Assembly (NCBI GenBank): GCA_012798935.1
Contig: JAAZMG010000095.1
Coordinates: forward strand, 1-48,585
Direction: 5' to 3'
DNA length: 48,585 bases
Origin: Tissierellia bacterium
Lineage (GTDB): Bacteria; Bacillota; Clostridia; Tissierellales; Tepidimicrobiaceae
Under the pieces are notes generated by a model that worked only from the letters and a program-made list of their open reading frames with translations, did no database searches and had not been told where the DNA came from. Positions 1-9,826 of this stretch are shown one piece after another; within the stretch, counting starts at the first letter, position 1; the number at the start of each line of letters is the position of its first letter. The position numbers and the translations under genes were made by a program.

Positions 1-2082
1 TATAATAGAGAAATATTAGGCATAGTAATTATTTCTTTTGGTATACTATCAATAATTAGTTTGTTTAGTAATAAAACAGGTATTGTAGGGGTATTTTTAA
101 AGAATATTTATTTTACCTTAATGGGTTTTGGTGGCTATATATTTCCTTTAATCATTATAGCAATAGGATTATTGTTTATAATAAATAGACTTGATATAGG
201 TGGAGATGTAAAATCCATCTATCTCCTTATTTTGTTTTTTTGTTTTTTGACTTTAATAGATATAAAGAATCCAGGTGCAGCTAATTTGACCGCAAAAATT
301 ACTCAATCCTTAGAACTAAGTAAAGATGGACTAGGGGGAGGATTCATTGGAGCGGTTTTTGGTTATGTATTTTTAAAACTATTCGGTTCTGTAGGCTCCT
401 ATATAATAATAGTATTTATTGTTTTTATTTCTATATTGCTTTTTACAGAAGTTAAGGTTAAAGATTTTTTAAAAAGACCAAAGTTTAATATTAAAGAAAC
501 GAATAAAGTTTTAAATAATGAAAGAAAAAAACCAGATAGGTCAATACATAAAAAAAACAAAGAAGTAGTAATACACGACTATACTAAAGATAATACAAAC
601 AGGGATAATATAATCAAAGATGGAGAAGTTATAAACAACAAAAATACAATAACAAATTATACTCTCCCATATTTAGATCTATTAGATGATTTTATTGTTA
701 AACAGGATGTCAATGATAAAAAAGAAATTTTAAATAATGCAAAAAAAATTGAAGAAACTATGAAAAATTTTGGTATTGCTGCCTCCATTATTCAAATAAA
801 CAAAGGGCCAACTGTTACATGCTATGAATTACAGCTAGCCCCAGGTGTAAAAGTAAGTAGGATTCTCAATCTATCTGATGATCTAGCATTGAATTTAGCA
901 ACATCGGATATTAGAATTGAAGCACCTATACCTGGTAAAGCTGCCGTTGGAATAGAAGTCCCTAATAAAGTTAAAGATAGTGTAGGTTTAAAGGAAATTT
1001 TACAATCTGATGAATACATATCATTAGATAATAAATTGCCATTATCCCTGGGAAAAGACATATCTGGTAAACCAATTATATCTACTATAGATAAGATGCC
1101 CCATTTGTTAATTGCGGGAGCTACCGGTTCAGGTAAAAGTGTTTGTATAAATACTATTATAATGAGTATTTTATTTAAAGCCCTTCCTGATGAAGTGAAA
1201 CTGCTCCTTATCGATCCCAAGATGGTAGAGTTGAGTATATACAATGGAATACCCCATCTATTAATACCTGTAGTTACTGAACCTAAAAAAGCTGCTTCTG
1301 CTTTAAATTGGGCTGTTAGTGAAATGGAGAAAAGATATAAATTATTTGCTAAAAACAATGTAAGAGATATAAGATCCTATAATGATAAATTTAAAAATAA
1401 TAAAGATGAAAAATTACCTAATATAGTAATCATAATTGATGAATTAGCTGATTTAATGATGGTTGCTGCAGAAGAAATAGAAGACTATATTTGTAGATTA
1501 GCACAAATGGCAAGAGCAGCAGGGATTTATTTAATAGTAGCTACTCAAAGACCTTCAGTAGATGTTATAACTGGTATTATTAAAGCTAATATTCCTTCAA
1601 GGATATCCTTTTCTGTATCTTCCCAGGTTGATTCAAGAACCATACTAGATATGGCTGGCGCTGAGAAATTATTAGGGAAAGGAGATATGCTTTTTTATCC
1701 TTCTAGTTTTTCAAAACCTATTCGTGTTCAAGGAGCATTTATTAGTGACGCAGAGGTTGAAAAAGTTGTAGACTATTTAAAGTCCCAAAATGTAACTGAG
1801 TATGATGCTAAAATTATAGAAACTATTCAAAATGAAGTAGAATTAGAAAATATTGCAGAAGATACAGATGAGCTGCTACCAGAAGCCATTAATTTAGTTG
1901 TAGAAGCAGGACAGGCTTCCATATCTTTGCTACAAAGAAAATTAAAAATAGGCTATGCAAGAGCAGCAAGAATTATTGATGAAATGGAAGAAGGAGGCAT
2001 TGTTGGTGGTTTTGAAGGTAGTAAACCAAGAAAGGTTTTAATAACAAAAGAAGAAGTAGATTCTTTGTTTAAGGAGCGATAA
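1..2082 (+). CDS. ftsK: DNA translocase FtsK/SpoIIIE (5' end cut by window edge)
   Basis: Frame is open from nt 1 ([23 protein letters not shown]... runs into the 61..2082 ORF). N-terminal TM helices, Walker [10 protein letters not shown], Walker [11 protein letters not shown]-terminal winged-helix gamma domain [23 protein letters not shown]. Confidence 0.95.
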   Translation, partial: YNREILGIVIISFGILSIISLFSNKTGIVGVFLKNIYFTLMGFGGYIFPLIIIAIGLLFIINRLDIGGDVKSIYLLILFFCFLTLIDIKNPGAANLTAKITQSLELSKDGLGGGFIGAVFGYVFLKLFGSVGSYIIIVFIVFISILLFTEVKVKDFLKRPKFNIKETNKVLNNERKKPDRSIHKKNKEVVIHDYTKDNTNRDNIIKDGEVINNKNTITNYTLPYLDLLDDFIVKQDVNDKKEILNNAKKIEETMKNFGIAASIIQINKGPTVTCYELQLAPGVKVSRILNLSDDLALNLATSDIRIEAPIPGKAAVGIEVPNKVKDSVGLKEILQSDEYISLDNKLPLSLGKDISGKPIISTIDKMPHLLIAGATGSGKSVCINTIIMSILFKALPDEVKLLLIDPKMVELSIYNGIPHLLIPVVTEPKKAASALNWAVSEMEKRYKLFAKNNVRDIRSYNDKFKNNKDEKLPNIVIIIDELADLMMVAAEEIEDYICRLAQMARAAGIYLIVATQRPSVDVITGIIKANIPSRISFSVSSQVDSRTILDMAGAEKLLGKGDMLFYPSSFSKPIRVQGAFISDAEVEKVVDYLKSQNVTEYDAKIIETIQNEVELENIAEDTDELLPEAINLVVEAGQASISLLQRKLKIGYARAARIIDEMEEGGIVGGFEGSKPRKVLITKEEVDSLFKER

Positions 2083-2084
2083 AA

Positions 2085-3425
2085 ATGGGAGTAAAAAACA
2101 TATCTATAGTAACATTAGGTTGTTCAAAAAATGAGATAGACTCTGAATTAATGAAAGGTCTTTTAAAAAATAATAATTATAAAATTGTAAACTTATTGGA
2201 AGAAGCAGAGGTAATAGTTGTAAATACTTGTGGTTTTATAAAAGATGCTAAGGAAGAATCTATAGAAATGATTTGGGAAATGAGTAGGTATAAAAAGGAA
2301 GGAAAGTGCAAATATCTTATATTAGCTGGTTGTTTAGCCGAAAGATATTCCAGTGAACTATTAGAAGAAATAAATGAAGTAGATGGAGTCATAGGTACAG
2401 GTAATATAAAGGATATTATAGATATAATTACTGAATTAGAGAAAGGAGGGAAAAAAGTTCAAAAAATAAACAATATAAATGAATCCTATCTAGAAAAAAT
2501 TAATAGGCAAAGTTTTAGACCTACTGAATACGTAAAAATATCTGAAGGTTGTAATAATTTTTGTACTTATTGCATTATACCCAGTTTAAGAGGCAAACAT
2601 AGAAGTAGGAAAATGGAAGATATAATCGAAGAAGTAAAATATCTTGTTGACAATGGAGTCAAAGAAATTATATTAATTGGTCAAAATACTACGGATTATG
2701 GTATAGATTTATATAATGAATATAAACTAAGTGAATTATTAGATAGATTAAATAAAATTGAAAAATTAAAGTGGATTAGATTGCTTTATTTATATCCAGA
2801 CAATATTACTGATGAACTTATTTCCTCTATCAAAAACAATAATAAAGTATTAAAATATGTAGATATACCTTTACAACATATAAATGACCAAATACTAAAA
2901 AATATGAACAGAAAAACTTCTAAGAAAAACATTATAAATTTAATAGCAAACTTAAGAGAACAAATTCCTAATATCATAATAAGAACAACTTTTATAGTAG
3001 GGTTTCCTGATGAAAAAGAAAAACATTTTTATGAGCTGTATGATTTTATAAAAGATATTAAATTTGATAGACTAGGAATATTTACTTACTCTAGAGAAGA
3101 AGGAACTCCTGCATATTATTTTGAAAATCAATTAGATGAAAAAACAAAAGAATATAGGCGAAACAAAATAATGGAGTTACAGCAAAACATATCCTACTCT
3201 TTAAATAGCAAAAAAATTGGAAAGATATACGAAGTTTTAATTGAAGATATATATGAAGAGGATTTGTATGTAGGAAGGACTTATATGGATAGTCCTGAAA
3301 TAGATGGAGTTGTATTTGTTAAGGCTTATAATAAGCTTGAAATTGGAGAATATGTTAATGTAAAAGTAACTGATTATTTAGAGTATGATTTGATTGGAGA
3401 GATAATAGATGAATTTAGCAAATAA
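2085..3425 (+). CDS. rimO: Ribosomal protein S12 methylthiotransferase RimO (radical SAM MTTase)
   Basis: 446 aa. N-terminal GCSKNEIDSE (RimO-type), radical-SAM CNNFCTYC, C-terminal TRAM-like domain. ftsK-rimO-pgsA-cinA-recA order is typical of Firmicutes. Distinct from the MiaB paralog at 25482..26804. Confidence 0.85.
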   Translation: MGVKNISIVTLGCSKNEIDSELMKGLLKNNNYKIVNLLEEAEVIVVNTCGFIKDAKEESIEMIWEMSRYKKEGKCKYLILAGCLAERYSSELLEEINEVDGVIGTGNIKDIIDIITELEKGGKKVQKINNINESYLEKINRQSFRPTEYVKISEGCNNFCTYCIIPSLRGKHRSRKMEDIIEEVKYLVDNGVKEIILIGQNTTDYGIDLYNEYKLSELLDRLNKIEKLKWIRLLYLYPDNITDELISSIKNNNKVLKYVDIPLQHINDQILKNMNRKTSKKNIINLIANLREQIPNIIIRTTFIVGFPDEKEKHFYELYDFIKDIKFDRLGIFTYSREEGTPAYYFENQLDEKTKEYRRNKIMELQQNISYSLNSKKIGKIYEVLIEDIYEEDLYVGRTYMDSPEIDGVVFVKAYNKLEIGEYVNVKVTDYLEYDLIGEIIDEFSK

Positions 3426-3954
3426 GATAACTTTATTACGAGTATTATTAATTCCTATTTTTATGATAGTATTGTTTTCTGATTTTAATAATAGCAATTA
3501 TATTGCTGCGCTAATATTTACCATAGCCTCTGCAACTGATGGCTTAGACGGTTATATTGCAAGGAGTAGGAATCAGGTTACTACTCTTGGCAAATTTATT
3601 GACCCCTTAGCAGATAAATTACTAGTATCTACAGCATTAATTTCCATGGTTCAATTAGGTAAAGTACCTGCTTGGATTGTTGTAATAATAATAGCTAGGG
3701 AGTTTACTATAACAGGTTTTAGAATTATTGCTGCATCAGAAGGGATAACCATTGCTGCAAGTCCTTTAGGAAAAATCAAGACTATCACACAGCTTATTGC
3801 TATAATCTCTTTACTAATAAACAATTATCCATTTAGATTAGTAAACTTTCCATTTGATACTATTATGTTATATGCAGCGCTGATCTTTACCGTAATATCT
3901 GGAATAGATTATATATATAGAAATAAAGAGGTTTTAAAGACAGGTGAAAAATAA
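3409..3954 (+). CDS. pgsA: CDP-diacylglycerol--glycerol-3-phosphate 3-phosphatidyltransferase
   Basis: CDP-alcohol phosphatidyltransferase motif DGLDGYIAR-x8-GKFIDPLADK, multiple TM helices, N-terminus MNLANKITLLR typical of PgsA. Overlaps the rimO end by 17 nt. Confidence 0.9.
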   Translation: MNLANKITLLRVLLIPIFMIVLFSDFNNSNYIAALIFTIASATDGLDGYIARSRNQVTTLGKFIDPLADKLLVSTALISMVQLGKVPAWIVVIIIAREFTITGFRIIAASEGITIAASPLGKIKTITQLIAIISLLINNYPFRLVNFPFDTIMLYAALIFTVISGIDYIYRNKEVLKTGEK

Positions 3955-3969
3955 TAGGAGTTGATTATA

Positions 3970-5190
3970 ATGAAAGCTGAAATTATTTCAGTAGGGACAG
4001 AAATAATATTAGGAAGTACTTTAAATACAAATACCCATTATATAACACAGCAATTGTCAGAGATTGGTATCGATGTGTTATTTCATACATCTGTAGGAGA
4101 TGATCCAAATATATTAAAAGATGTAATAAAAATTGGATTAAAAAGAGCCGATTTATTAATTTTTACTGGAGGACTAGGTCCTACAGCAGACGATATGACT
4201 AAGGAAATTGTTAGTGAAACTTTAGGAATTAAACTTGAATTAAATCCAGCTGTAGAAAATGGTATAAAAGAATATTTTTATAAAATTAATAGGCCAATGT
4301 CTTCAAATAATACTAAACAAGCTTATATTCCTAAGGGAAGTAAATTCCTAGTAAATGAAATTGGTACAGCCCCTGGGATTTACATAGAGTGGAATAAAAA
4401 AATTTTAATATTGCTTCCTGGTCCTCCTAGAGAAATGGAATTAATGTTTCATAATCAAGTAATGCCTTTAATAAAACAAAACTCTATTATCAAAATAAAA
4501 ACAATAAATACTATAGGTATTGGTGAATCAACGTTGGAAATGGCATTAAAAGATCTTATAGAGGAAAAAGAAAATCCTACTATTGCTACTTATGCAAAAG
4601 AGGGAAGTGTAGATATAAAAATAATCGGCAAGGGCAAAAATCAAGAAAAAGTAAATGCCTTATTAGAAGAAACCGTTAAAAAAATAGACAGTAGAATATC
4701 TCAATATATATATAGTTACAATGATGAAGCTATTGAAGAAGTTTTATATAAAAAATTAAAAGAAAAAAATATGAAAATAGCTTTTTGTGAATCATGTACA
4801 GGAGGACTTATCACTAATAGGTTTACCCAAATACCAGGTATATCTGAAGTACTTGATAGAGGTATTATAACCTATAGCAATAAATCAAAGATAGAAGAAT
4901 TAGGAGTAAATAAAGAGACATTAGATAGACATGGTGCTGTAAGTAAACAAACTGCTTTAGAAATGGCCACAGGACTTCTCAACAAAACTGGAGTTGACAT
5001 AGCTCTATCTACTACAGGGATTGCTGGACCATCTGGAGGAAGTAAAGAAAAACCAATAGGTCTTGTTTTTATAGGAATTGCAACTGAGAATAATTCCTAT
5101 GCTATTGAATGTACATTAAGTGGTAATAGAATTTCTATACAAAATAAAGCTACATCAAAGGCTTTTGACGAGTTAAGAAGGATTTTATAA
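3970..5190 (+). CDS. cinA: Competence/damage-inducible protein CinA (MoCF-like domain + nicotinamide-nucleotide amidase domain)
   Basis: AGGAG sits 9 nt upstream of ATG 3970 (MKAEIISVGTEI...), so the track TTG at 3961 is less likely. Two-domain CinA architecture, located directly upstream of recA. Confidence 0.9.
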   Translation: MKAEIISVGTEIILGSTLNTNTHYITQQLSEIGIDVLFHTSVGDDPNILKDVIKIGLKRADLLIFTGGLGPTADDMTKEIVSETLGIKLELNPAVENGIKEYFYKINRPMSSNNTKQAYIPKGSKFLVNEIGTAPGIYIEWNKKILILLPGPPREMELMFHNQVMPLIKQNSIIKIKTINTIGIGESTLEMALKDLIEEKENPTIATYAKEGSVDIKIIGKGKNQEKVNALLEETVKKIDSRISQYIYSYNDEAIEEVLYKKLKEKNMKIAFCESCTGGLITNRFTQIPGISEVLDRGIITYSNKSKIEELGVNKETLDRHGAVSKQTALEMATGLLNKTGVDIALSTTGIAGPSGGSKEKPIGLVFIGIATENNSYAIECTLSGNRISIQNKATSKAFDELRRIL

Positions 5191-5208
5191 CATTATTAAA
5201 TTAATTAT

Positions 5209-5237
5209 TTGACTAATTTAGAAAAATATAATACAAT
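5209..5237 (+). promoter_or_regulatory. sigma-A type promoter of recA
   Basis: TTGACT (5209..5214), 17-nt spacer, TACAAT (5232..5237). Confidence 0.6.
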
Positions 5238-5244
5238 CTAAGTT

Positions 5245-5258
5245 AGAACTTGTGTTCG
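5245..5258. promoter_or_regulatory. LexA (SOS/Cheo) box upstream of recA
   Basis: AGAACTTGTGTTCG is a perfect GAAC-N4-GTTC palindrome, 8 nt downstream of the -10 element. Confidence 0.85.
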
Positions 5259-5277
5259 AATACTTGAAAGGTGGTGA

Positions 5278-5294
5278 ATCCAGTTTAACTGGGT
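5278..5294 (+). promoter_or_regulatory. Small hairpin between the recA Shine-Dalgarno and start codon
   Basis: SD-like GAAAGGTGGTGA (5266..5277) lies 21 nt from ATG 5299. The intervening AATCCAGTTTAACTGGT can form a 7-bp stem (one G-U) with a 3-nt loop. Confidence 0.4.
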
Positions 5295-5298
5295 AAAA

Positions 5299-6348
5299 AT
5301 GGCCGATTTGAAAGAAAAAGAAAGAGCACTAGAAATAGCTATAGGTCAAATTGAAAAACAGTTTGGTAAAGGATCCATAATGAGATTAGGCGATACAAAA
5401 ATTCAAGGTATTGAAGTTATACCAACAGGTTCCTTGGATTTAGATATTGCCTTAGGTATTGGAGGCTTACCAAGAGGAAGAGTAATAGAGATATTTGGCC
5501 CGGAATCATCAGGCAAAACTACTGTTGCTCTTCATGTAATTGCTGAAGCACAAAAACGTAAGGGCATAGCAGCTTTTATCGATGCAGAACATGCCTTAGA
5601 TCCTGGATATGCGAAAAAGTTGGGAGTAGATATTGAAAATCTTATTATTTCTCAACCAGATACTGGAGAAGAGGGATTAGAAATTGCTGAAGCTTTAGTA
5701 AGAAGCGGGGCAGTTGATATTGTGGTTGTAGACTCGGTTGCTGCACTAGTGCCAAGAGCAGAAATAGAAGGTGAAATGGGTGATAGCCATGTTGGATTAC
5801 AAGCAAGATTAATGTCTCAAGCTTTAAGAAAACTAGCAGGTGCAATAAATAAATCTAATACAACTGTAATTTTTATAAATCAATTAAGAGAAAAGGTTGG
5901 AATAATGTTTGGTAATCCTGAAACAACAACTGGTGGAAGAGCATTAAAATTTTACTCTAGTGTACGATTAGATGTAAGAAGAATTGAATCCATTAAGCAA
6001 GGGGATAATGTCATAGGTAACAGGACTAGAGTGAGGGTTGTTAAAAACAAAGTAGCCCCTCCTTTTAAACAAGCAGAATTTGATATTATGTATGGTCTTG
6101 GCATATCGAAAGAAGGTAATGTTTTAGATGCTGGAGTTACTGCAAATATAGTTAACAAATCGGGCTCTTGGTATAGTTATGGAGAGCATAGACTTGGACA
6201 AGGTAGGGAAAATGCTAAAGATTTTCTAAGGGATAACCCTGAAATCACATTGGAAATTGAAACAAAAATAAGGGAAAACTTTAATCTTAGTCCAAAAAAA
6301 GAAGATTCAAATGACGATAAAGAAAAAACTATAAAAAACAAAAACTAA
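5299..6348 (+). CDS. recA: Recombinase RecA
   Basis: 349 aa, near-universal RecA sequence with Walker [19 protein letters not shown] and L2 loop region. Confidence 0.98.
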   Translation: MADLKEKERALEIAIGQIEKQFGKGSIMRLGDTKIQGIEVIPTGSLDLDIALGIGGLPRGRVIEIFGPESSGKTTVALHVIAEAQKRKGIAAFIDAEHALDPGYAKKLGVDIENLIISQPDTGEEGLEIAEALVRSGAVDIVVVDSVAALVPRAEIEGEMGDSHVGLQARLMSQALRKLAGAINKSNTTVIFINQLREKVGIMFGNPETTTGGRALKFYSSVRLDVRRIESIKQGDNVIGNRTRVRVVKNKVAPPFKQAEFDIMYGLGISKEGNVLDAGVTANIVNKSGSWYSYGEHRLGQGRENAKDFLRDNPEITLEIETKIRENFNLSPKKEDSNDDKEKTIKNKN

Positions 6349-6378
6349 ATAGACCTCCTTATATAAGGAGGTCTATTT
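6347..6378 (+). terminator. Strong hairpin after recA (weak/leaky terminator candidate)
   Basis: 14-bp stem AATAGACCTCCTT / AAGGAGGTCTATT around loop ATAT. The T residues are inside the stem and are followed by GTAAGG, so there is no free U tract. Confidence 0.5.
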
Positions 6379-6395
6379 GTAAGGAGTGTTTTTAA

Positions 6396-7382
6396 TTGAG
6401 ATTGCTTTTTTTAACTGATACTCATATAAGGGGAACAACCCCTAAAAATAGAATGGACAATTTACCTGAAACTTTGGAAAACAAATTTAAGGAAATAGGA
6501 AAATTTGTTGAAAATTATAATATAGACTTTGTACTACATGGTGGAGATTTGTTTGATAGACCAGATATATCCGTTTCTATTGTAGGTAATTTTGCCCCTA
6601 TATTAAACAATATTAAAGTTCCTATATATATTGTCTGCGGTAATCATGATATATATGGACATAATCCAGATACCATAAACAGAACTATGCTTGGACTATT
6701 AAATTCCTTAAATGTAGTAAGAATAATTAATAAAGGTGATCTCATATATTTAAATAAAAATGGTATTAAAGTTCAACTAACTGGCCAACCCTATACATAT
6801 AATATTGATAGTGAATTAAATAGGTCTAGCTATATTATAGATAGACCTTCAGAGGATGTAGATTATTCTATTCATATGGTTCATGGAATGCTTCTAAACA
6901 AGCCTTTTATTAAAGGGATACCTTATACTCTAATAGACGATATTAAAGATACTAAAGCTGATATTACGTTATCAGGCCACTATCATACTGGGTTTGGGAT
7001 AATCAATACTAACGGTAAGTATTTTATAAATCCAGGTAGTCTTATAAGGGTTACCAATAGCTTACTAGAAATAGATAGAATACCAAAAGTAGTATTAATA
7101 GAATTAGGTAAAACTATTAATATTGAACTTATAGAGTTAAAGACTGCTAAAGAGGGAAAGGAAGTATTAAATAGACAAGAAATTGAAAATCACATATTTA
7201 AAAGTGAAAGGTTATTTGAATTTAAACGCTCAATAGATAGTTCTGTAAACTTTGAAAAATTAGAGATAAATGAAATTTTAATGGAAGTTTCTAATGCAGA
7301 AGGTGTGTCACAAGAAGTAAAGGAAGAGGCTCTTAAAAGAATAGCTCTTTCCCAAATGAAGGATTTAGGAGATGAGTTATAA
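6396..7382 (+). CDS. Mre11/SbcD-like metallophosphoesterase (putative DNA exonuclease subunit)
   Basis: TTG start 9 nt after AAGGAG. Ordered calcineurin-like/Mre11 motifs: LTDTH (DxH), HGGDLFD (GDxxD), CGNHD, MVHG (H), SGHYH (GHxH). 328 aa. Confidence 0.8.
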   Translation: MRLLFLTDTHIRGTTPKNRMDNLPETLENKFKEIGKFVENYNIDFVLHGGDLFDRPDISVSIVGNFAPILNNIKVPIYIVCGNHDIYGHNPDTINRTMLGLLNSLNVVRIINKGDLIYLNKNGIKVQLTGQPYTYNIDSELNRSSYIIDRPSEDVDYSIHMVHGMLLNKPFIKGIPYTLIDDIKDTKADITLSGHYHTGFGIINTNGKYFINPGSLIRVTNSLLEIDRIPKVVLIELGKTINIELIELKTAKEGKEVLNRQEIENHIFKSERLFEFKRSIDSSVNFEKLEINEILMEVSNAEGVSQEVKEEALKRIALSQMKDLGDEL

Positions 7383-7383
7383 T

Positions 7384-8826
7384 ATGAAATATATCAAAAA
7401 AGTAATTTTAGAAAACTTTCAATCCCACAAATATACAGAAATTGAATTCGACCAATATTTAAATGTTATTGTAGGACCATCCGATCATGGTAAAACTGCA
7501 ATTATAAGAGCCTTAAAATGGGCCTTGTTTAATGAACCTTCTGGAGATTTTTTTATTAGAGAAGGAGAAAAAGAATGCAGTGTAACAGTTATATTTAGTG
7601 ATAATACGAAAGTTAAAAGATCCAGGAGTAAAAGTAAAAACGCCTATTATTTATATGATAAAAAAGGAAAAGAAATGATATTTGAAGGTTTTGGTACCAC
7701 AGTACCTCAAGAAATTATAAATAAAACCTCTATGAGAAAAATAGAATTAGATAGTAGTCAATCTAATTCTATAAATATTAGTGAACAATTAGAAGGACCT
7801 TTTTTGCTTTCAGAAAAGAATGCAACAAGAGCTAATGCAATTGGTAGATTAGTTGGAGTTCATATAGTAGATGACGCTTTAAAAGATACATTAAAGGATA
7901 TTAGAAATTTAAATATGAAGAAAAAAAGCTATGAGGATGTTTTAAAAAAATTAGAAAAAGATTTAATAGAATATGACTATTTAGAAGATCTAGTGAAAAA
8001 AGTTCAACAAATAGAAAAATTAAAACATTATATTTATAATAGTCAATTGAAATTAAATAAATTAAGTGAAATATTAACAGATTTAAATAAACTAGAGAAA
8101 AATATTAGATTAGTGGAAGAATATTTAGATAGACTAGAGAATCTATATAAAGTGATAAATATTGAAAAAAATTTGAATGAAAAGATTCGTATTTATAACT
8201 ATATTAGCAACAAATATAGCAGGCTAGATAATATTAAAATTCAAAAAAAATACAATTCTAATTTACTTAATTCCCTTAAAGAAACTAACAGGACAGAAGA
8301 AATTATTGATAAGATAAATTCGTACTATGATAAAATAGTTAGTTTGAATAAAATCAATAAAAAATATATGTATGTCCACCATAATATTTTAAAAAATAAA
8401 AGAATCTATTTTAAATTAAAAAATATTAGTAATGCGGAAAAAAGTATTAAATTAGGTGAGAGAAAATATTTAAGGCTTGTAGAGTTGTTAAATTTAAATT
8501 ACAAACTAGATTGTACAAACAAAAGCCTTTCTATTGGTACAATTTATATTGACAAACTATCAAACTTAGATCTAATTTCAAAAACACAAAATACATTGAA
8601 AGAAAAAAATAAAGCATTGAAAGTTATAATGGATTATAAAAACAAATATGATAAAATTATGATTAGAAAGCTAAATATAGAAAAAAACTTGACTGAAATA
8701 AAAATAGATATAAAAGAACAGTTAAAACAATATAAGTTTATATTAACTAAAATAGAAGTATGCCCTTTATGTTTTAGCAGTATAGATGGAGTAAAAATAG
8801 ATGAAATAGTCAATAACTATAAATAG
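7384..8826 (+). CDS. Rad50/SbcC-like ATPase, N-terminal half only (Walker A lobe + coiled coil + CxxC hook)
   Basis: ATG 7384 gives MKYIKKVILENFQSH..., a typical SMC/Rad50 N-terminus; the in-frame ATG 7372 abuts the AGGAG. Walker A GPSDHGKTA, about 300 heptad-rich K/E/L/N residues, CPLC at 8761..8772 only 17 residues before the stop. No Walker B or signature motif. Confidence 0.7.
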   Translation: MKYIKKVILENFQSHKYTEIEFDQYLNVIVGPSDHGKTAIIRALKWALFNEPSGDFFIREGEKECSVTVIFSDNTKVKRSRSKSKNAYYLYDKKGKEMIFEGFGTTVPQEIINKTSMRKIELDSSQSNSINISEQLEGPFLLSEKNATRANAIGRLVGVHIVDDALKDTLKDIRNLNMKKKSYEDVLKKLEKDLIEYDYLEDLVKKVQQIEKLKHYIYNSQLKLNKLSEILTDLNKLEKNIRLVEEYLDRLENLYKVINIEKNLNEKIRIYNYISNKYSRLDNIKIQKKYNSNLLNSLKETNRTEEIIDKINSYYDKIVSLNKINKKYMYVHHNILKNKRIYFKLKNISNAEKSIKLGERKYLRLVELLNLNYKLDCTNKSLSIGTIYIDKLSNLDLISKTQNTLKEKNKALKVIMDYKNKYDKIMIRKLNIEKNLTEIKIDIKEQLKQYKFILTKIEVCPLCFSSIDGVKIDEIVNNYK

Positions 8827-8839
8827 GAGGAAGAAATTT

Positions 8840-9088
8840 ATGGATTATGAAAAAGAACTTAATGCTTTAAGAGATAATCTTGAAAAGGCAAAAAGCTTAA
8901 AATATAAAGCTGAAGCAAGATTAGAGCAGCTTAATAATCAACAACAAGAAATAATCAAAGAATTAAAAGATTTAGGAGTAAACCCAGAAGATTTGGAAGA
9001 GGAAATCAAAAAGTTAAAATCAGAAATAGACAAACTATTTGAAGAAGCTAATACCTTGCTACCAAAAGATATTTTAGAAAAGAAGTGA
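8840..9088 (+). CDS. Small coiled-coil-like protein (82 aa), function unknown
   Basis: AGGAGG 9 nt upstream of ATG. Highly charged heptad-like sequence (AEARLEQLNNQQQEIIKELKDL...EEEIKKLKSEIDKLFEE). No catalytic motif. Confidence 0.6.
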   Translation: MDYEKELNALRDNLEKAKSLKYKAEARLEQLNNQQQEIIKELKDLGVNPEDLEEEIKKLKSEIDKLFEEANTLLPKDILEKK

Positions 9089-9092
9089 TATA

Positions 9093-9749
9093 ATGATTAA
9101 CAATTACGAAGAATTGGATAATTATTTATCCAAAATCAATTCTTATATTTCCAAAGAACAAGGCAAAAAAGAAAAAATATTAGAACAAATTGATGAAAAT
9201 AAGGAATTAATAAAAAACATTCAGTTAGAATCTAACCTTATAGAAAAGGTAAGCTTACTTCTGCAAAAAACTTCTGAATTCGCAAGAAACCAAGCAAAAA
9301 AACAGATTGAATCTTTGGTAACTAATTGCTTACAGTATATATTTGAAAATAGTATTGAATTTGAAATTGAAATTGAGGAACTATATGGTAAACCAAATGC
9401 AGAATTTTATGTTACCACAAAAATAGATGATACAATAATTAAAACCAAGCCTGAACAATCTCGGGGTGGAGGGGTTGTGGATATAATATCTCTAGCACTA
9501 CGTATAGCTTTTCTCCAAGTCCATAAACCCAAAATAGAAGGGCCTCTTATTTTAGATGAACCGGCTAAACATGTAAGTGAAGATTATATATTTAATGTTG
9601 CAGATTTTTTAAAAAGAACATCAGAGATGTTTGAAAGACAAATTATTATGGTCACCCATAATAATCACCTTTCATCTATTGGTACAAAAGCATATAAAAT
9701 TCATATGAAAGGAACAGAAAGTCATCTAGAAAAAATAACACCTTATTAA
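9093..9749 (+). CDS. Rad50/SbcC-like ATPase, C-terminal half only (signature + Walker B lobe)
   Basis: 218 aa. The first ~100 aa are heptad-rich, followed by signature-like SRGGG, Walker B LILDEP and H-loop-like VTHN. No Walker A. Confidence 0.7.
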   Translation: MINNYEELDNYLSKINSYISKEQGKKEKILEQIDENKELIKNIQLESNLIEKVSLLLQKTSEFARNQAKKQIESLVTNCLQYIFENSIEFEIEIEELYGKPNAEFYVTTKIDDTIIKTKPEQSRGGGVVDIISLALRIAFLQVHKPKIEGPLILDEPAKHVSEDYIFNVADFLKRTSEMFERQIIMVTHNNHLSSIGTKAYKIHMKGTESHLEKITPY

Positions 9750-9754
9750 TCTTC

Positions 9755-9783
9755 TTGACATATTTGGCTAAAAGTAATAAAAT
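9755..9783 (+). promoter_or_regulatory. sigma-A type promoter-like sequence upstream of rny
   Basis: TTGACA (9755..9760), 17-nt spacer, TAAAAT (9778..9783). Confidence 0.5.
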
Positions 9784-9826
9784 GAAATCGTACCTAGCTA
9801 TACAAAATTATATGTGTAGACTCTAT

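Noticed and set aside
7372-9749. Genes 2-4 of the recA-linked module as a single frameshifted sbcC pseudogene.
   Set aside because: Not excluded, but disfavoured. The breaks coincide with domain boundaries (just after the hook, and before the C-terminal lobe arm). Each piece has its own start, and gene 3 has a perfect AGGAGG. No internal stops or obviously degraded sequence appear within the pieces. This is kept as the explicit refutation test in the finding.
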